Assembly: GCA_964187785.1 (NCBI GenBank)
Contig: OZ076414.1
Coordinates: 4,154,001-4,218,000, forward strand
Source of the DNA: Amphiscolops sp. MND2022
Lineage: Eukaryota
DNA length: 64,000 nt
Direction: 5' to 3'
The notes below the pieces were generated by a model that was not told the origin of the DNA, did not search any database, and saw nothing but the letters and a program-made list of their open reading frames with translations. Shown one piece after another: positions 39,350-52,615 of the stretch. Each line of letters opens with the position of its first letter. The stretch's first letter is position 1. The position numbers and the translations under genes are program-made.

Positions 39350-40222
39350 CCTAGGTTTTCGATCGTTGCGAATCTGTGCAGATCTGCAGGATTTTTTCTG
39401 CGGGGTTCTGCAAAGATCGTTGCACTGAATCTTGAAGATCCATCCAGATCTGCAAGTTCTTTTCAGAAGTGTGCAGATTTTCTTAACGATTTTTGCAGAA
39501 ATATGTTTTTCTACAGCTTCTAAGTAACCAATATACTATATTTTTGGACTTCTTCAACTACTTTATCGAGTATTTTAGCTGACCTAGGGTCAGTTAGTTT
39601 AATTTCTCCATCACTAAAAATTCTCGAGAAGGAAAATTTGTCCCCATCACGATACTTTTGGTGACTGGAGAAAGTGCGGTATCTGTTATACACCGTAATT
39701 TATCCATTTCACTTGAACATTCCAGAACTGGTTTTTCAACTTTGAGAGGCTCGTTTACCATATTGACTTCGTTTTGACAGATAAAGTTTGACATGTGGCA
39801 ACCTTTTGGGTTGGTAGATGTGTTGATAAAGTGTTGTCGTTGTAATATTTCCGCAACATAGTTTAATGGAGTATTTTTAGTAATTGCTGTTTACTTGGAA
39901 TACGTTATAGTAAATTTATTGGTCATTGTTCGACTCTGTAAAGATCTGTAAAGATCTGTAATCTCTACAGATCTGTACAGATTGCTACAGAAAAATTTTT
40001 CATCATTTTGACAAAAATGTGATTTTTCTCCAGTTTTAAACATTTTCATTATTCCTTTGACATTGATGTGCGATTTTTTTGCGTTTCTGAGTATGTCAGT
40101 TTTTTTTCGAATATGCAAATATCTGCGAAGATTTGCAAAAATTCTGCTGATCTGCACATATCTGCAAAGAGCTGCAAAAATCCTGCAGATCTGCACAGAT
40201 TCTCAAAGATCGAAAACCTGGG
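39350..40222. mobile_element. Non-autonomous TIR DNA element (873 bp), possibly CMC/EnSpm-like
   Basis: TIRs of ~45 bp (CCTAGGTTTTCGATCGTTGCGAATCTGTGCAGATCTGCAGGATTTTT vs reverse complement CCCAGGTTTTCGATCTTTGAGAATCTGTGCAGATCTGCAGGATTTTT). Subterminal AGATCTG repeats and 2-bp TC flanks. No transposase. Confidence 0.75.
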
Positions 40223-40420
40223 TCCTTCACCACCGCGATCACTTTGTTTTCACGCGTAAGTTTCTAAAGTAAGTACCTAATGTAAACACGGTTAGACAAA
40301 TAGCACGCTGAATTTGACGCTACTTTGAAGCCTATCATGTGACTGAAATTTATTTGCATTGAAATTGCGGTAAATTTGATGAAGGTCTCAGCTGCTTTCA
40401 AAATTAGAACGACGTCTTAT

Positions 40421-41114
40421 TGTAACGTCCACCAGTCAGTACCAAAAACTCAATCAAGAACCAAAAAAGGTGCAATTCAAAATGGCCGACCTGGCAGGTT
40501 GAAATCGAAAAGGAAGCAGAGGTAAGAAAAAAGAGACCCCCTAGACGAGGGGAGAGAACGAGACTGTCAAGACACAGAAGACATCTGAAAACCCGGGATT
40601 GTGCCATCCAATCACGGAATTACGGGATGTTACAATAGAATGCCCCAGAATCCAAATATCACCTGTTCGTGGATGATGCCCAAAACTTCAGAATCGACAT
40701 AAACATGCAGAAAGCGATTATATTGATTGATTTTGGTGCCGTTGATTACTTCTGCAGGTTTATGGTGATATTGGATCTGTTAGATCCCAATGTTGATTGT
40801 TTTAGAGCTGATATTCCGAATTAGAATGTATTTCAGCTGAACCTATGTTTTCGGACCTCGGAAGTATGTAGAACCGCAGGAACCCTTAGGATACGTTTTT
40901 ACGTGCTTGTGGGACGTGTCCGGACTTTGAGTGTGCCGGCACGTCGCCATGGAGCTCTAAAACGAGGAGTCTCCACGGCGTCTTGGAAAAGTCTTCACTG
41001 AGACCTTTTGGGACTAAAAACTAATGTCCAGGCTGTTTATAGACACTGGTCTCTTGTTGAAGCAATCCGAGCATTGTCCCAGTTCTAGAACGTATCTACT
41101 AGCTTGACGTTACA
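40421..41114 (+). repeat. Gypsy-C 5' LTR (694 bp)
   Basis: Aligns with 50651-51268 apart from two deletions in the latter. Confidence 0.85.
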
Positions 41115-41130
41115 TCTAGGATAGTTTATA

Positions 41131-41145
41131 TGGTGCCCCACAGGG
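41131..41145 (+). promoter_or_regulatory. Gypsy-C putative primer-binding site
   Basis: TGGTGCCCCACAGGG, 16 nt after the LTR end. Same position and CCACAGGG core as the Gypsy-B PBS. Confidence 0.5.
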
Positions 41146-44100
41146 ACATTTTTCCAACATTTCGCCATAATAGGAGTTTTTTCTGCTTTCCGGCCCTGTT
41201 AGGTCTGGATCTAGGAAAACCTTTTGGAGAGTCCTAGGTTGTTTTTATTGCCTTTTTCTAGCCTTACAGGCTTTGTACTAGTGTTTTTCCTGTGTTTCCT
41301 GCATGTTTCCGGGGTCTGGAATGAGAAATAACCGATTTATAACAGAGTACCGTTTAAATACCGTTTCAGCTTGTTGAAATCAAACATCCGGCTTTACCGG
41401 ATGCTGTTTTAAAGGGTTCTGTAGCCTCATTCAGCTATTTTGCAATGTATGGGGACCGAGAGGACGACCACTGAAGGTTTCCACGAGCTGTTATGACGTG
41501 GTGACGCCCTACACGACCACTCCTCCAGTACCCCTGTAATTGCAGCATACCCTCATCAAACGGGTGAAATCACCAATTTTCTTAATTTGTTAGCCCAAAA
41601 ACCATATTCCCAGGCCTATTCCCACGAAGATTAACTGGAAAAAATACCCAGAGGGTGTTTGGATCGGTTGTGAAAGAATTTGAGCGCGAAAACCCTGAAA
41701 ATAACCTTATATGTAGCTCAAACTTCAATTTTACTAATTTTGAGAGCCAAAATTTTGTAGAATAGAATACGACCAGAGGGAACCCGATAAAAAATTTCCA
41801 TTAGACCTGCTAGGTCAGGAACAGAAACATTTGCTGAGCTAAATTACTAAAACATCGAGAAATTTAGCAATTTTTGTTAAAAAAAGATCGATTTTGGCTT
41901 AAAACACCAAAATTGGTGAGGGCGAAGCCTTGGGCGTTTGTTCCCAAGCTTTTAGAGCGGCCCAAAAACAATGTTTCAGCAATTTTTAGCATCCCCCAAA
42001 ATAAATTGAAACTTTAACCCCTGATTTTCTTTTGTTATACATAGACCTGAGTAGAGGACCCCATAGACCGGAGAGTTATAACATCAAAACTATTAATTGA
42101 AACAACCCCAGTCTCCAGAATAACGTTATTACACCTTACTACATTACGTTTAGAACCATCCCGAACGTCAGGGAACCGAGAAATAAAAAGTTCTTAGGGA
42201 AAACACGTATTTTTCATATTGTTCCCAGAGTGTAAAAGGTGTAACTTGAAATTTATTTTGAGAGACATTATTTAGAACCTGCCAGGTTATTATTTGCTTG
42301 CCTATTTTCTGTTAGTATAGAGTATAACGTTGCAAACGCAGAAAACCGCGAGTGATTCCAATCAGTGGTTGCCGAGAAGTAGCCAAAAACGTGTTATTTC
42401 AGTGACAATATCGGTACACTGGAGTAGTGTTCCTGAGACAGGTCGAAATCTTTCCTGGTAGGAGTAGCCAACAACAAATTGCACCATCGTCTAGACCGCA
42501 AAAAGTTACGTTAGTGGTGTAATTGTCGTAGCGCTATCATTACTAGTGATTGAGAAATGTTTTAGCCGCAGTTTTGCTCAAAAATTGTCAAAAAAATCGA
42601 GTTTTAGTTGAGCATAGTGCTATACCTTGGAGGTACCCCAGTACTAAGATTTTTGCATTTTCGTACGTACGGCACTAGATCCCGACGATTTGTGCATTTT
42701 GAGCAGCTTGCTACTGTTCAACTTGGAGAAATTGACATTTTTGTGAATTTTAACCCCAGAAAGTAACCAATAGGGTACATCAGAGTTTTTTTCGACTCGG
42801 ATTGCTGAATACTGACTTGGGCACCCTGCTGTTTTGTTTTTCTGTTACGTTTGACAGTTGCGAGTTTGTTGCGAGACAGTTGCGAGACAGTTGCGTCTGT
42901 CTGTTGCGAGTTTGACAGACTTATGTAAATTTCACAACATAGTCGATTTTCGTAACAACAATGTTAAGCGGACCCAAGTCACGTGTAATCAATTTTGGCG
43001 CAATCGGCGGTAAATTTCCCACGATTCAGCCAGCCTAGTAAACCGTGTTAATTTTTCAGGTCGGCACTAGCTCTAGAAGTGATTTCCACCCTTCCCAGGC
43101 GTGCATATTGGACAAAAAACTGCCGATTTTGCAAAGTTTTACGAAAAATCAAACAGTTTTCGGAAGTGTAGTTGTAAGTGAGGACTCCAACAACCCTAGT
43201 CCTACACCAGGCACCCGTAGCACGCCCAATTGAAGCACTTTGAATAGAACTAGGCCAACCCTAATATCTTGGGTTCGTCAAGAAACTGTCTACGAGACGT
43301 AGGAGTGAAAAACACCAAAACCGCGTTTTCCCTACCAACGCCCATCAAAGCCACCTAAGTGCGAATCAATAGCCACAGCCACGTGCACCTCGAGTGGGAA
43401 GCATCGTGTGGAAGCTAGGACGCATTCAGTAGTTTTCCAGGAAACATAGACTTTGGACGCGGCGCGACTTGGAACAGAACATCAAGAACAGTAGCTTTGA
43501 GAAATGCTAAGAACTGAGTTCTCCTGAATCGTGCTACGATCGGAATAGTAAAACTCTCCTGTTTACTAGCATCCTAGCACCTACTCACCCCCAAGGTCTA
43601 TTCCCGGAGTCCCTTTCCCTTTGTACTTCTACTGGTGCTCTACAGAAACAGGGCACTGCGAGTGACATAGAATACACTCGAAGAAGTGTAGTGCGGCGAC
43701 TTGTTGAACACATCCCCCTGAAGCGCAGGCAGCCTACCAAAACCTTTTTGTGCATTCCAGTTACAGAGTCAGCAGCTGGATAAAACGTAGTTGAGAGTGA
43801 ATTAGTCGTAGTAACCTTAAAGTAGTACCTCAAAAAAAAGATTTGTGCTCGACTTTCGTAGAACAACTAACTCCAGTTAGTGGAGAAGCAAACCTTTCTG
43901 TTCTGATTAGTGGTGATTAGCACCAGTGCATGTAACCTAGAGCCTAGAGTTTGTGAGAGCCAGCTAACACCAACTTAGAACATAGAGGGCTATCACGAGC
44001 TACTATCTCCAGCAACCAAAAAAACAGTAGTTTAATTAGAATAATAGAAGATGTGTTATCTTAGCCTCCAATTTAGTTGAGTTTTGTTCCAATTTGTGGA

Positions 44101-44176
44101 AGGAAAGGAGTGAGTGGAAAGCTAAAGAGAAGCTGAAGAAAAATTTAGTTGAGCGGAAGAGCAAAAGATTGAACGA

Positions 44177-46725
44177 ATGAAAATGAGTTTGAGTGGATGG
44201 GAGTACTTTATACCATTGTGTGAAGTACCTCGAGAACCCAATAAGTTTAATGCCACCAACCCATTCGCAAGTGACATAGAGGATTGGCATAGGCTCGGTA
44301 CACAAGTAGAAGTTGCACCACCAGACGCGATCGCTGGCATGTTTTCAGACGACGGCATGTCAGATAACGTGTCCAAAGCTGAGCAAAATTTTCGAATCGC
44401 GCAATCAAGCCAATCGAATTCATCGCAAGCGTCTCCAGATAGCGCTGAACTTGCCAACGAGACTCCCATAAACAGTAACAATGTGTGGCAACCTCTGAAT
44501 ACCTCCGTGATTGCTACCGGGGACTGGCCGAACTCGAATAGAGAATTAGCAGTTAGCTCGGACACTAGCAAGTGGCTGGAAAATATGAACGTGGGCATGA
44601 CCCTGGGAGGGATTACACCTCACTTAGCCATGAGTGTGGACCCGCTGGGTTCCGGAGTCCCAGTATTCGAAGCTAGCAAAAACACCTTGGATGATACTGC
44701 AATTGCCCCTTCGGGAAGCAAGCTGGGGAAACGGAAAACCAGGAAAGGATTGACACCCCAGGACTATGCCTTCACGACATCACCAATAATGGGTCCCAGC
44801 ACCCTGCGACTGGAACGCACGGCAATATCTCAAAACTCCGATGCCGGCAGCGTGGCATCTCCAAATTCGACAATTACCAGAGGCATCAAGGAGACTGAAG
44901 CCATAAGGAAAGATTTTGGACATGACATGGAACAACTGGAACAGGTTCAAACAAAGTTAACCAAAAAGAATACCAACCATGTCCAAACAGCAGAAGTCTT
45001 AGTGATGGAAATGGAAGAGTTGCGAAAGGAAGTGAACGAAATAAAGATGGAAGAACGTGCAAACCAGGGCAAAATAGAAACGACTATGGCGACGGTCAAG
45101 GATCTGACTGAGAGACGAATATCAGAAATGACAGCAATAATGGCGCAACGAGACAAACAAGCTGATGAACGCCTCAAATGCATGTCCGAAATGATGCATC
45201 GTCGAGACCTAGATGTTGATAAACGCATGGTGGACCTTATGACCACAGTTCAAGACTTAATCCTAGGGGTGAAGACTGTAGCAGCAAGAGTACCAAACAG
45301 TCCCTCACCCGTGCCGCAGGCAATGGACCCTGCGAAGGAACCATCCACAAGTGCGTTTCCAACACAGCAGTCAACCTATCGCGAAGTTGCCCAACGCCAA
45401 ATTGGAATTAAACCTAGTCATACGAAACAACCAAGGCTACAACCACCAGCAACTTACAAGAAGGTGTCTGACGAAACTCAAGCCTCAACAGCTAATCATG
45501 TTGGAATGCAGCGTTGTGACATTTCTGGCCCTCCTTCGTTCGATCCCTATGCTAAAGGTGCTTCAACAACTGGAGAATACTATTCGGCTGCCAGTGGCCA
45601 AATTCCCAATGATATCAAGACAGCATCCGGAGACAATTAGTATCAGACTGCTGTATCATCAATCCCTGGCACGAAACGCCTAGCACTCTCCTACAATGAC
45701 GACCAACCACGGCCGTTGGCCTCTAGCACGCAAAGGAAAACTACCTCGAGAAAGAACCTGAACCCCACGACAGTAGAAGGAGTCACAAGAGACAACGCAC
45801 CAAACGCAATACACAGCCAAGCGCTAGAAGAAACAATAACTACTGCGATGTCAAAAGTTATGGAACCACTGCTAGCTACAAAAGCTACCAAGAACGAACC
45901 AACCAAGTACCGCGGCACTCGAGATGGCATGGTGGACGTTTGGCTGATGCTAATGAAACGATACCTGGAGAAAGCTCATGCAAATGATACTCCATTAGAT
46001 AGAGCATGGACTATTGTGGAGTTTCTGGAGAATGAAGCAAGGGACTACATCACGAATAAATCAGAGGCTGAACGCGATACAGACGAGAAAGTCTTCGCAC
46101 TGCTAGCAAGAAGATTTGGAACGGGATCCAACAAGATCCAAATACAACAGCAGCTTCGCACGCGTAATCAGTCCCCAGATGAAGACTACATGCAATACTT
46201 GGACGCGTTGGAAGGCTTGCGCAGCCAGGGTTTTCCCAATGAGGAAGTTGCGGTAAGACGCTAGGAAATTATGCAGAGATTCATTGAAGGGGTGCGCAGT
46301 TTCGAGTTGAAGCAAAACCTTGCACTCATGTATGCGCAGAAGCAATATGTGGACACACCTCCAACGGTGGAAGCCCTACGATTCACAGTACAACAGTACC
46401 TGCGTATGCGCGGTTCGGCTCGGACGGAGACTTATCCCGCATCTCCGCAACCACAACAACAGCCTATCTCAACCAACCAGCAAAACCAGATACAAGCACC
46501 AGCCCCCAAGCGCCCAATGCCCAACAAATCCCACAACAGACCGCGGCTTTCAGACAACAACCGCAGCGAACATGCGTTAACTGTGGAGAACCCTCGCACT
46601 TCGTAGCTGATTGTCCTCTGAAGGATCGAGCACGAAAACCTGTGCAACAGGTAGTCAACTCCTGCCGTATGTACATGGCCGGAGAATGGGTGTGCCCATC
46701 GAACCCACGCGGCATGAACGATAAT
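44177..46725 (+). pseudogene. gag: Gypsy-C gag (coiled-coil N-terminus, capsid-like core, CCHC knuckle)
   Basis: ORFs 44177..45640, 45716..46264 and 46271..46606. KYRGTRDGMVDVWL...EARDYI...LARRFG capsid-like text. CVNCGEPSHFVADC knuckle at ~46573-46614. Confidence 0.85.
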
Positions 46726-46729
46726 ATGA

Positions 46730-49700
46730 CCTGCAACAAACGCTACCAGCGACAATCCCCACAGTCCCCGCGACCACCGGAGACGACTCATCAATGTCAC
46801 CCGTCTCAACACAACAATTCACGTGCCTACTACCAGTCATACCACCATCGGTGCTAACATCCGCATCTCCATCCGCCTCTACAAGTGTTCGGCGTCTATA
46901 CGACAGCGACCCTCAACTCATGCTCCCTTCAACTTTCAGGGGGGAAGGGGTAGAGGTTGCGCATACTAGTGCGCAAAACATAGAAATTGCCGCTGAAAAC
47001 AAAACGACGAGCCAATCACAAAGAACCGTAGTAATGCGGAATCCACTTGACGTACCCATCATGAGGGAAGTGGTCAGATGCCAAGACTCATATGACGCTT
47101 GATTACCATCAACTCCAGCGGACCCACAACACCTGATAGGCTTCCAGGCCAACCCGGAGCTGCAAGAACAGCAAAAGAAACAAGAAAAAGCATAGAGACA
47201 AGCGGTCAAAGCTCCCATTGACCTCAGAGACGTACTGAATCAAAAAGAGCAGAATACGATAGAGCAATTGGTCCAAAAGAAAAGGGCCAGAGAGTTGGCC
47301 AACACAAAAACAGTAAGCTCCAGTTCGAACCTCTCCCCTGTCCAACAGCCGGAGGCTAGACGAATACGATTTTCCGACGAACTTCTGTCGCAGACAGAGG
47401 CGCGGCAGTATGACATTGCTGCCAGAGACGCGGTGCGTCTGCAAAACGAAGTCATATCAGGAAATCCAAACCCTGGCATAGACGAGCAAAAGTTCGAAAC
47501 TGCTACTAGCAAAGGAGAACCATAGAACGTGAAGGGTCAAGGAAAAGCTTCAATCGGAGTACATTACCTGAGGCCTGTGAAGAAGCCCACTTTGTCATTG
47601 GATCATATCCCTCCATGGTTTGAAAGAATGAAAGAAGACCTCCAAAGAGACAGATGTTCACTCACAAAACCACTTTCTTCAAGAATAAAACTAGCAACAC
47701 AACGACCGGCAAGATATGATGAACAACTGCTACGAAGCCGAGATTTCAAGAGGGACTTGACAACGTTACTCCCCATGGGCAAAGAGATGCTTCAGAAGAC
47801 AAGGATTACCTTATTCATAGATTCGACGATGAAAGCAACGGCAAATATGAACTACACCCTGATGGATATGCAAGTGATGGACTTGCCCTGCTCATCGTTA
47901 GAAGAAATGGCCGAGATGACCTGCAAAGTCTTCGGTCAAAGAAGTGATGACCGGCGAGGTAGCGGCGTACGTCGAAGTGATGAGAAATGTGATTGGGCGA
48001 GCTCAGAGAAAAAAACCTACGGTAGGCGTAATCTTCGTGTCGCCCCCTGGGTACACACACTTGCCGGAGCCACTCCAACAATCGCTGTACTTGCTATCCG
48101 AAGCCGCTCACGCACAGAACCTGCATTTCTACATCGTAGCCCCGAATCTAAAGGTCAGCGCCATGACCTGGCGTCCATGCGAGACCTCATACTCTGCATT
48201 CCTGGCTGAAATGTCGAAGGCCCTGCAGGCCTACACAGAATACCAAGGCAACTCACAGCTGACGGCCGACGACGCCACCGCCTTCGATTTTGGTATGCAG
48301 ATGGCACACCGCACCTTTGACGAGAACGGCGTACGCCAGATCAGAGACCGGAACGAACACGAAAGGGCAAACATGATTGATAACGTATGGTTCGAAAGCA
48401 GAGACGAGTCAACCCTGGACGAAAAGACACATGACGCGAAGTTCCACAAAGAGCTGGTAGCTCTCTTCAAGAAAACAGAGGAGATCAGACAGACTCAAAC
48501 CGAAGCGACCGTCTTCCCAGTAGCGACCCAAGCCGTTGACTCAGATCCCAACATGGTCTCTCCAACCTTAGTACGAAGTTCTTGCCTATCTAATGGCCGT
48601 TGGCCTGAGCTCCTTCTACAAAGGCCCAGTACACTTGATACAGAAACTAGTCCTGAGCAAAGCCAACTCTTGCCTGTTTAGCTTCTTGATATGTGCGAAG
48701 AACCAACGAGGCTGGATTAACGCAATTCTGAAAACGCTGGACCCCGCAGGCGCCTTGAAGCTCAGTGCTCAGCTAGCCGAGAACATTGAAACAATGCTAG
48801 CTTGGATTTATTCAGCCTGGGTAAACGTCGCGGGTATCATGAGCGGTTTGGACCACCCCGACTCATTGAATCAGCAACGCAATCACAAAAACCTGCCAGG
48901 TTTCCTCTTTCCCTCACAGATAGCCAATCTGATGCTAGTGGAAACAAAAGACCTAATTCCAGTAATTGCTCCCATAATCTGGCCCATATTCGGTGTCGCG
49001 ATGGCCCTAAGATATCCCACCCAGCCACTCAGAGTAGCTGCTAGCACTCCCACTTTGTCTATCCTGCATTTCGTGGACCCTCAGGACGACGCCAGACCAC
49101 CCGACTTCAAGATGCTAGTACGCGATTTTGCAAATTTCCGTCCCCCAATGGCATACTCCATTATCAACGACAAAAAGCAAGTTGAACACAACTTCGTAAC
49201 CTTGATACGAGCCAGAGCGCGGTGCGCGTTGCCTATACCATTAGAACTCCATCCGGTGGACTGGTTGCACGCACCCATAAATCCCAGCACTGGTACCCTG
49301 CAAGACTTTGCCAGTTGTGACGAACCAGGGATCCTGAGAGTCTTGACCAAAGCCGTGCAACGCTTGGGAGGACGGAGAAAAGGTGCAACGCTAGAAAAAC
49401 TACAACACAGGAACATTCAAGACACCTCTCGCATGTATAACCCCAGGACAAAGCCGCTAGACAACACCGCGGTAACTCTGACCACCATCACGTGCTGGGC
49501 AAACCCTCCAGTAGTGGACCAAACAATCTATCAAAACTACCAAATATTAAATGCGACCACACCCAAGATCGCCAAAGAGCCCATCCGAAAGGTCTTGACC
49601 ATCAGCGCTGAGGCACCTAGCAATCCAAAGATGGCAATAGAGATTCTTCATGAAATTAATAGCCAAACAAAAAGAAGAGAACAGCTCAGTCTGCACAGAC

Positions 49701-50189
49701 TACCTGACTACAGTGGAAACCTATAAAAACATATTCAAAGAGTATGGACGCCAGGATCTCGCTGACCAACTGCCAGAACAATGCCCGATGGGCTCCACCA
49801 CAGAAAGACAGGCAGCGGGACACAAAGAAAATTCTGCCGATGACAGTACAACTTCCATAGTGTCTACCATGACCCAAGGCGACACCCTGCAAGCTACAGC
49901 TACAGCAAGAATGGACGTTTCTACAAGTAGCCCCAATCAAATCACCCAGATACCAGAAAACGACACTATCGCCTCCGACAAGGACGCAACGATGCCACCA
50001 GACAGTCTAGATGGTGTGCCTGTATCCATATCGCAAACTGAGGCAGCGGATATAGAACTGGAGCTCAATGAACTGCCCAGCTTGGATCCCCAGGAATTGC
50101 CATCGATAGACATGCTAGCAGAGACGCTAGGCGAAGCGCCGCAAGAGCAAGCCAATCCAATTGAATGCTCCAACAGCGAACAGTGCTGA
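46730..50189 (+). pseudogene. Gypsy-C accessory ORF3 (SGNH-like domain plus unknown C-terminal domain)
   Basis: Frameshifted ORFs 47529..48209, 47944..48681, 48593..49726 and 49650..50189. Homologous to Gypsy-B ORF3. Confidence 0.65.
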
Positions 50190-50650
50190 TACTGAACTCG
50201 ATCAACCAAACTAAACTCACCAAGAACAAATCCTACCCCTCACCTCAGTGCAATTATTAAAATACTACGCGCTATTTTAGTTATTAAATTTCAAATGCAG
50301 TTCTGTTGATGCAACTACCTGGTAGGTAGGCCCCAGCTTGGTGCCTGCCTCCCTATCAATAAAAAAGGGCAATTGAAGTTTTACTTTAAAATGTTCTTAA
50401 CCTTGCTGGTAGGTGACGCAAGAGTGCTACCACCCCTCAAAAAATTTTTAAACTAGCTTGAACGAATGCACGGAGTTTTTAGCAAAATTTAATTTTATCT
50501 CCCAAAATGAAAAAATGCTACATTAGTCTTTTGACGATTGTAGCAGTAAGAGTTAAAAAAACTGGATAATGAGGTTGCTAAATATTACTGAGTAAGTAAG
50601 GATGCACCCTTCTCCGTTTGCCGAGGACGACAAACAGCGGCCGGGGAAGA

Positions 50651-51268
50651 TGTAACATCCACCAGTCAGTACCAAATATTCGATCAAGAACCAAAAAAGG
50701 TGCGATTAAAAATGGCCGACTTGGAAGGTCGTTGAAATCGGAAAGGAAGCAGAGGCAAGAAAAAAGAGACCCCCCTAGACGAGAGGAGAGAACGAGACAA
50801 AATAATACCCCAGAATCCAAATATCACCTGTTCGTGGATGATGCCCAAAACTTCAGAATCGACATAAACATGCAGAAAGCGATTATATTGATTGATTTTG
50901 GTGCCATTGATTACTTTTGCAGGTTCATGGTGATATTGGATCTGGCAGATCCCAATGTTGATTGTTTCAGAGCTGATATTCCGAATTAGAATGTATTTCA
51001 GCTGAACCTCTGTTATCGGACCTCGGAAGTATGTAGAACCACAGGAACCCTTAGGATACGTTTTTACGTGCTTGTGGGACGTGTCCGGACTTTGAGTGTG
51101 CCGGCACGTCGCCACGGAGCTCTAAATTGAGGAGTATCCACGGCGTCCCTACTGAGACCTTTTGGGACTAAAAACTAATGTCCAGGCTGTTTATAAACAC
51201 TGGTCTCTTGTTGAAGCCATCCGGGCATTGTCCCAGTTCTAGAACGTAGCTACTAGCTTGACGTTACA
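50651..51268 (+). repeat. Gypsy-C 3' LTR (618 bp)
   Basis: Direct repeat of 40421-41114, preceded by a PPT-like tract. Confidence 0.85.
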
Positions 51269-51269
51269 T

Positions 51270-52615
51270 TTTGAAACCTGTAAAACTTCGCGGCTCGGAA
51301 TTGCCGCCAAATTTAGGATGCATCTTTATAGGCAGCTTGATATATTTCAATTGCATCAGTGAAGTTCTAATGCATGAACGTTTCCTTGAGAATTTTATAA
51401 AATCATGAAAAATTAGCTTGGTAGCCTACAAAAACATATATAAAGTTCAAGCAGTTCCAACCAGGGCGACTATCCTAGTTCAAAAAATACATATCTGGCA
51501 AGATTCTTACATTCTTATCTTTAAAGAAGATGCATTTTATAAAAACGAAAACATGATAGCGAATTCAAACTGAAACTATTTTTTCCGGTTCGATATGAAA
51601 ACTTCAAGAGGAAAACTTCAGTTCAGTAACACGTGAAAGAATTGGCATGTGAAAGATTCGGGTACACATCTTTGTCAACATAACTTACTTTTCACAAGAC
51701 CAAGTGATCTATTGTCCTTCTTTTTCGGCGCTCAATTGAAACTTTGGCAGAAAAGTTACCAAGTTTTTTAATCTCATAGAAGAACGAGGAAAGAAAACAA
51801 ATGACAGTAGAAATTTTTCAGTCTAACTTACTTGGATGGGACTGTTTGATCAACTGAAATGAAAGTTCTGGAGCATCAGCTTTTATACTTTTCGGAAAGA
51901 AAGTATTTGAATTTTCTGTTTGAGGGTTCTGAGCTCATTGTTCATAGAGTTCAAACTCTGAAATTAAAAGTAATACCTCAATTTCTGCATCAATTCCTGC
52001 GTTGAAGAATTGATGTTCAAAGCAACACATAAAAAACTTTCTGAAATGATGCGTTTTATCTGACACTGTCAAGTTTTGCTGAAAAAAGGAACACTTTTTT
52101 TACTTTGTTCCCAGTAAACCAACTGTGAGTGTTTCTGAAAATATTTTGAAAATTAAACAATTGTTCATTTTTGATGAAAGTTCATTTATCGAGAGGTCAA
52201 TTTTCTATTGTGAACTTTTTTCTATGTTGTCGAAGTCAACAATTTGGGTTATAATATTCCACCAAAGATGTCAGTATTCACGAAACAAAGAAAAATATGT
52301 TTGGTCGCAATCTGTCAAATCAGAAGTAACCCCTGTCGCCATTACACGACATATCATGAAACGACAGGCCTTATTGGTATTCCCCACAATCTGTCGAATC
52401 AGAAAAGAGTCGGGAACGAACCAAATGTTCACTCTATTCAAAAGTCGGAAGGCGTACATACTTTCTATATCACTGAATATCACTCTGGGTTTCAGAGAGC
52501 TCCAGTGCCCAATAAACCAACATGAAAGTCCGTTTTTAGCTTGAGTCAAAACACTCTTCATTACCGACGACATCCCGTTTGTCTCTTCTGTTTTCATTGT
52601 CTTTAAAAAAGACAT
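51270..52615 (-). pseudogene. Decayed minus-strand coding relic of unknown family
   Basis: Protein-like text with interspersed stops continues from ORF 52271..52615 down to the Gypsy-C LTR. I recognised no diagnostic motif. Confidence 0.25.

Larger units (their letters stand above)
40421..51268 (+). mobile_element. pol-less Gypsy-type element 'Gypsy-C' (10,848 bp): LTR-leader-gag-ORF3-LTR
   Basis: Direct repeats 40421-41114 and 50651-51268, both TGTAAC...GTTACA. PBS-like TGGTGCCCCACAGGG at 41131 and purine tract GGGGAAGA before 50651. Flanks TTAT/TTTT (imperfect 4-bp TSD). Confidence 0.8.

Noticed and set aside
37692-39523. Short K/F/L-rich ORFs (e.g. 38187..38588)
   Set aside because: Products of poly-A/T low-complexity repeat DNA.
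42855-42920. GAGACAGTTGC short repeats in the Gypsy-C leader
   Set aside because: Few copies and no fixed geometry; ordinary slippage repeat.
44122-44598. Antisense ORFs opposite gag/pol (also 203..487, 2100..2456, 29717..30265, 63413..63922 and similar)
   Set aside because: Shadow frames of real plus-strand coding sequence, with no motifs or splice logic.
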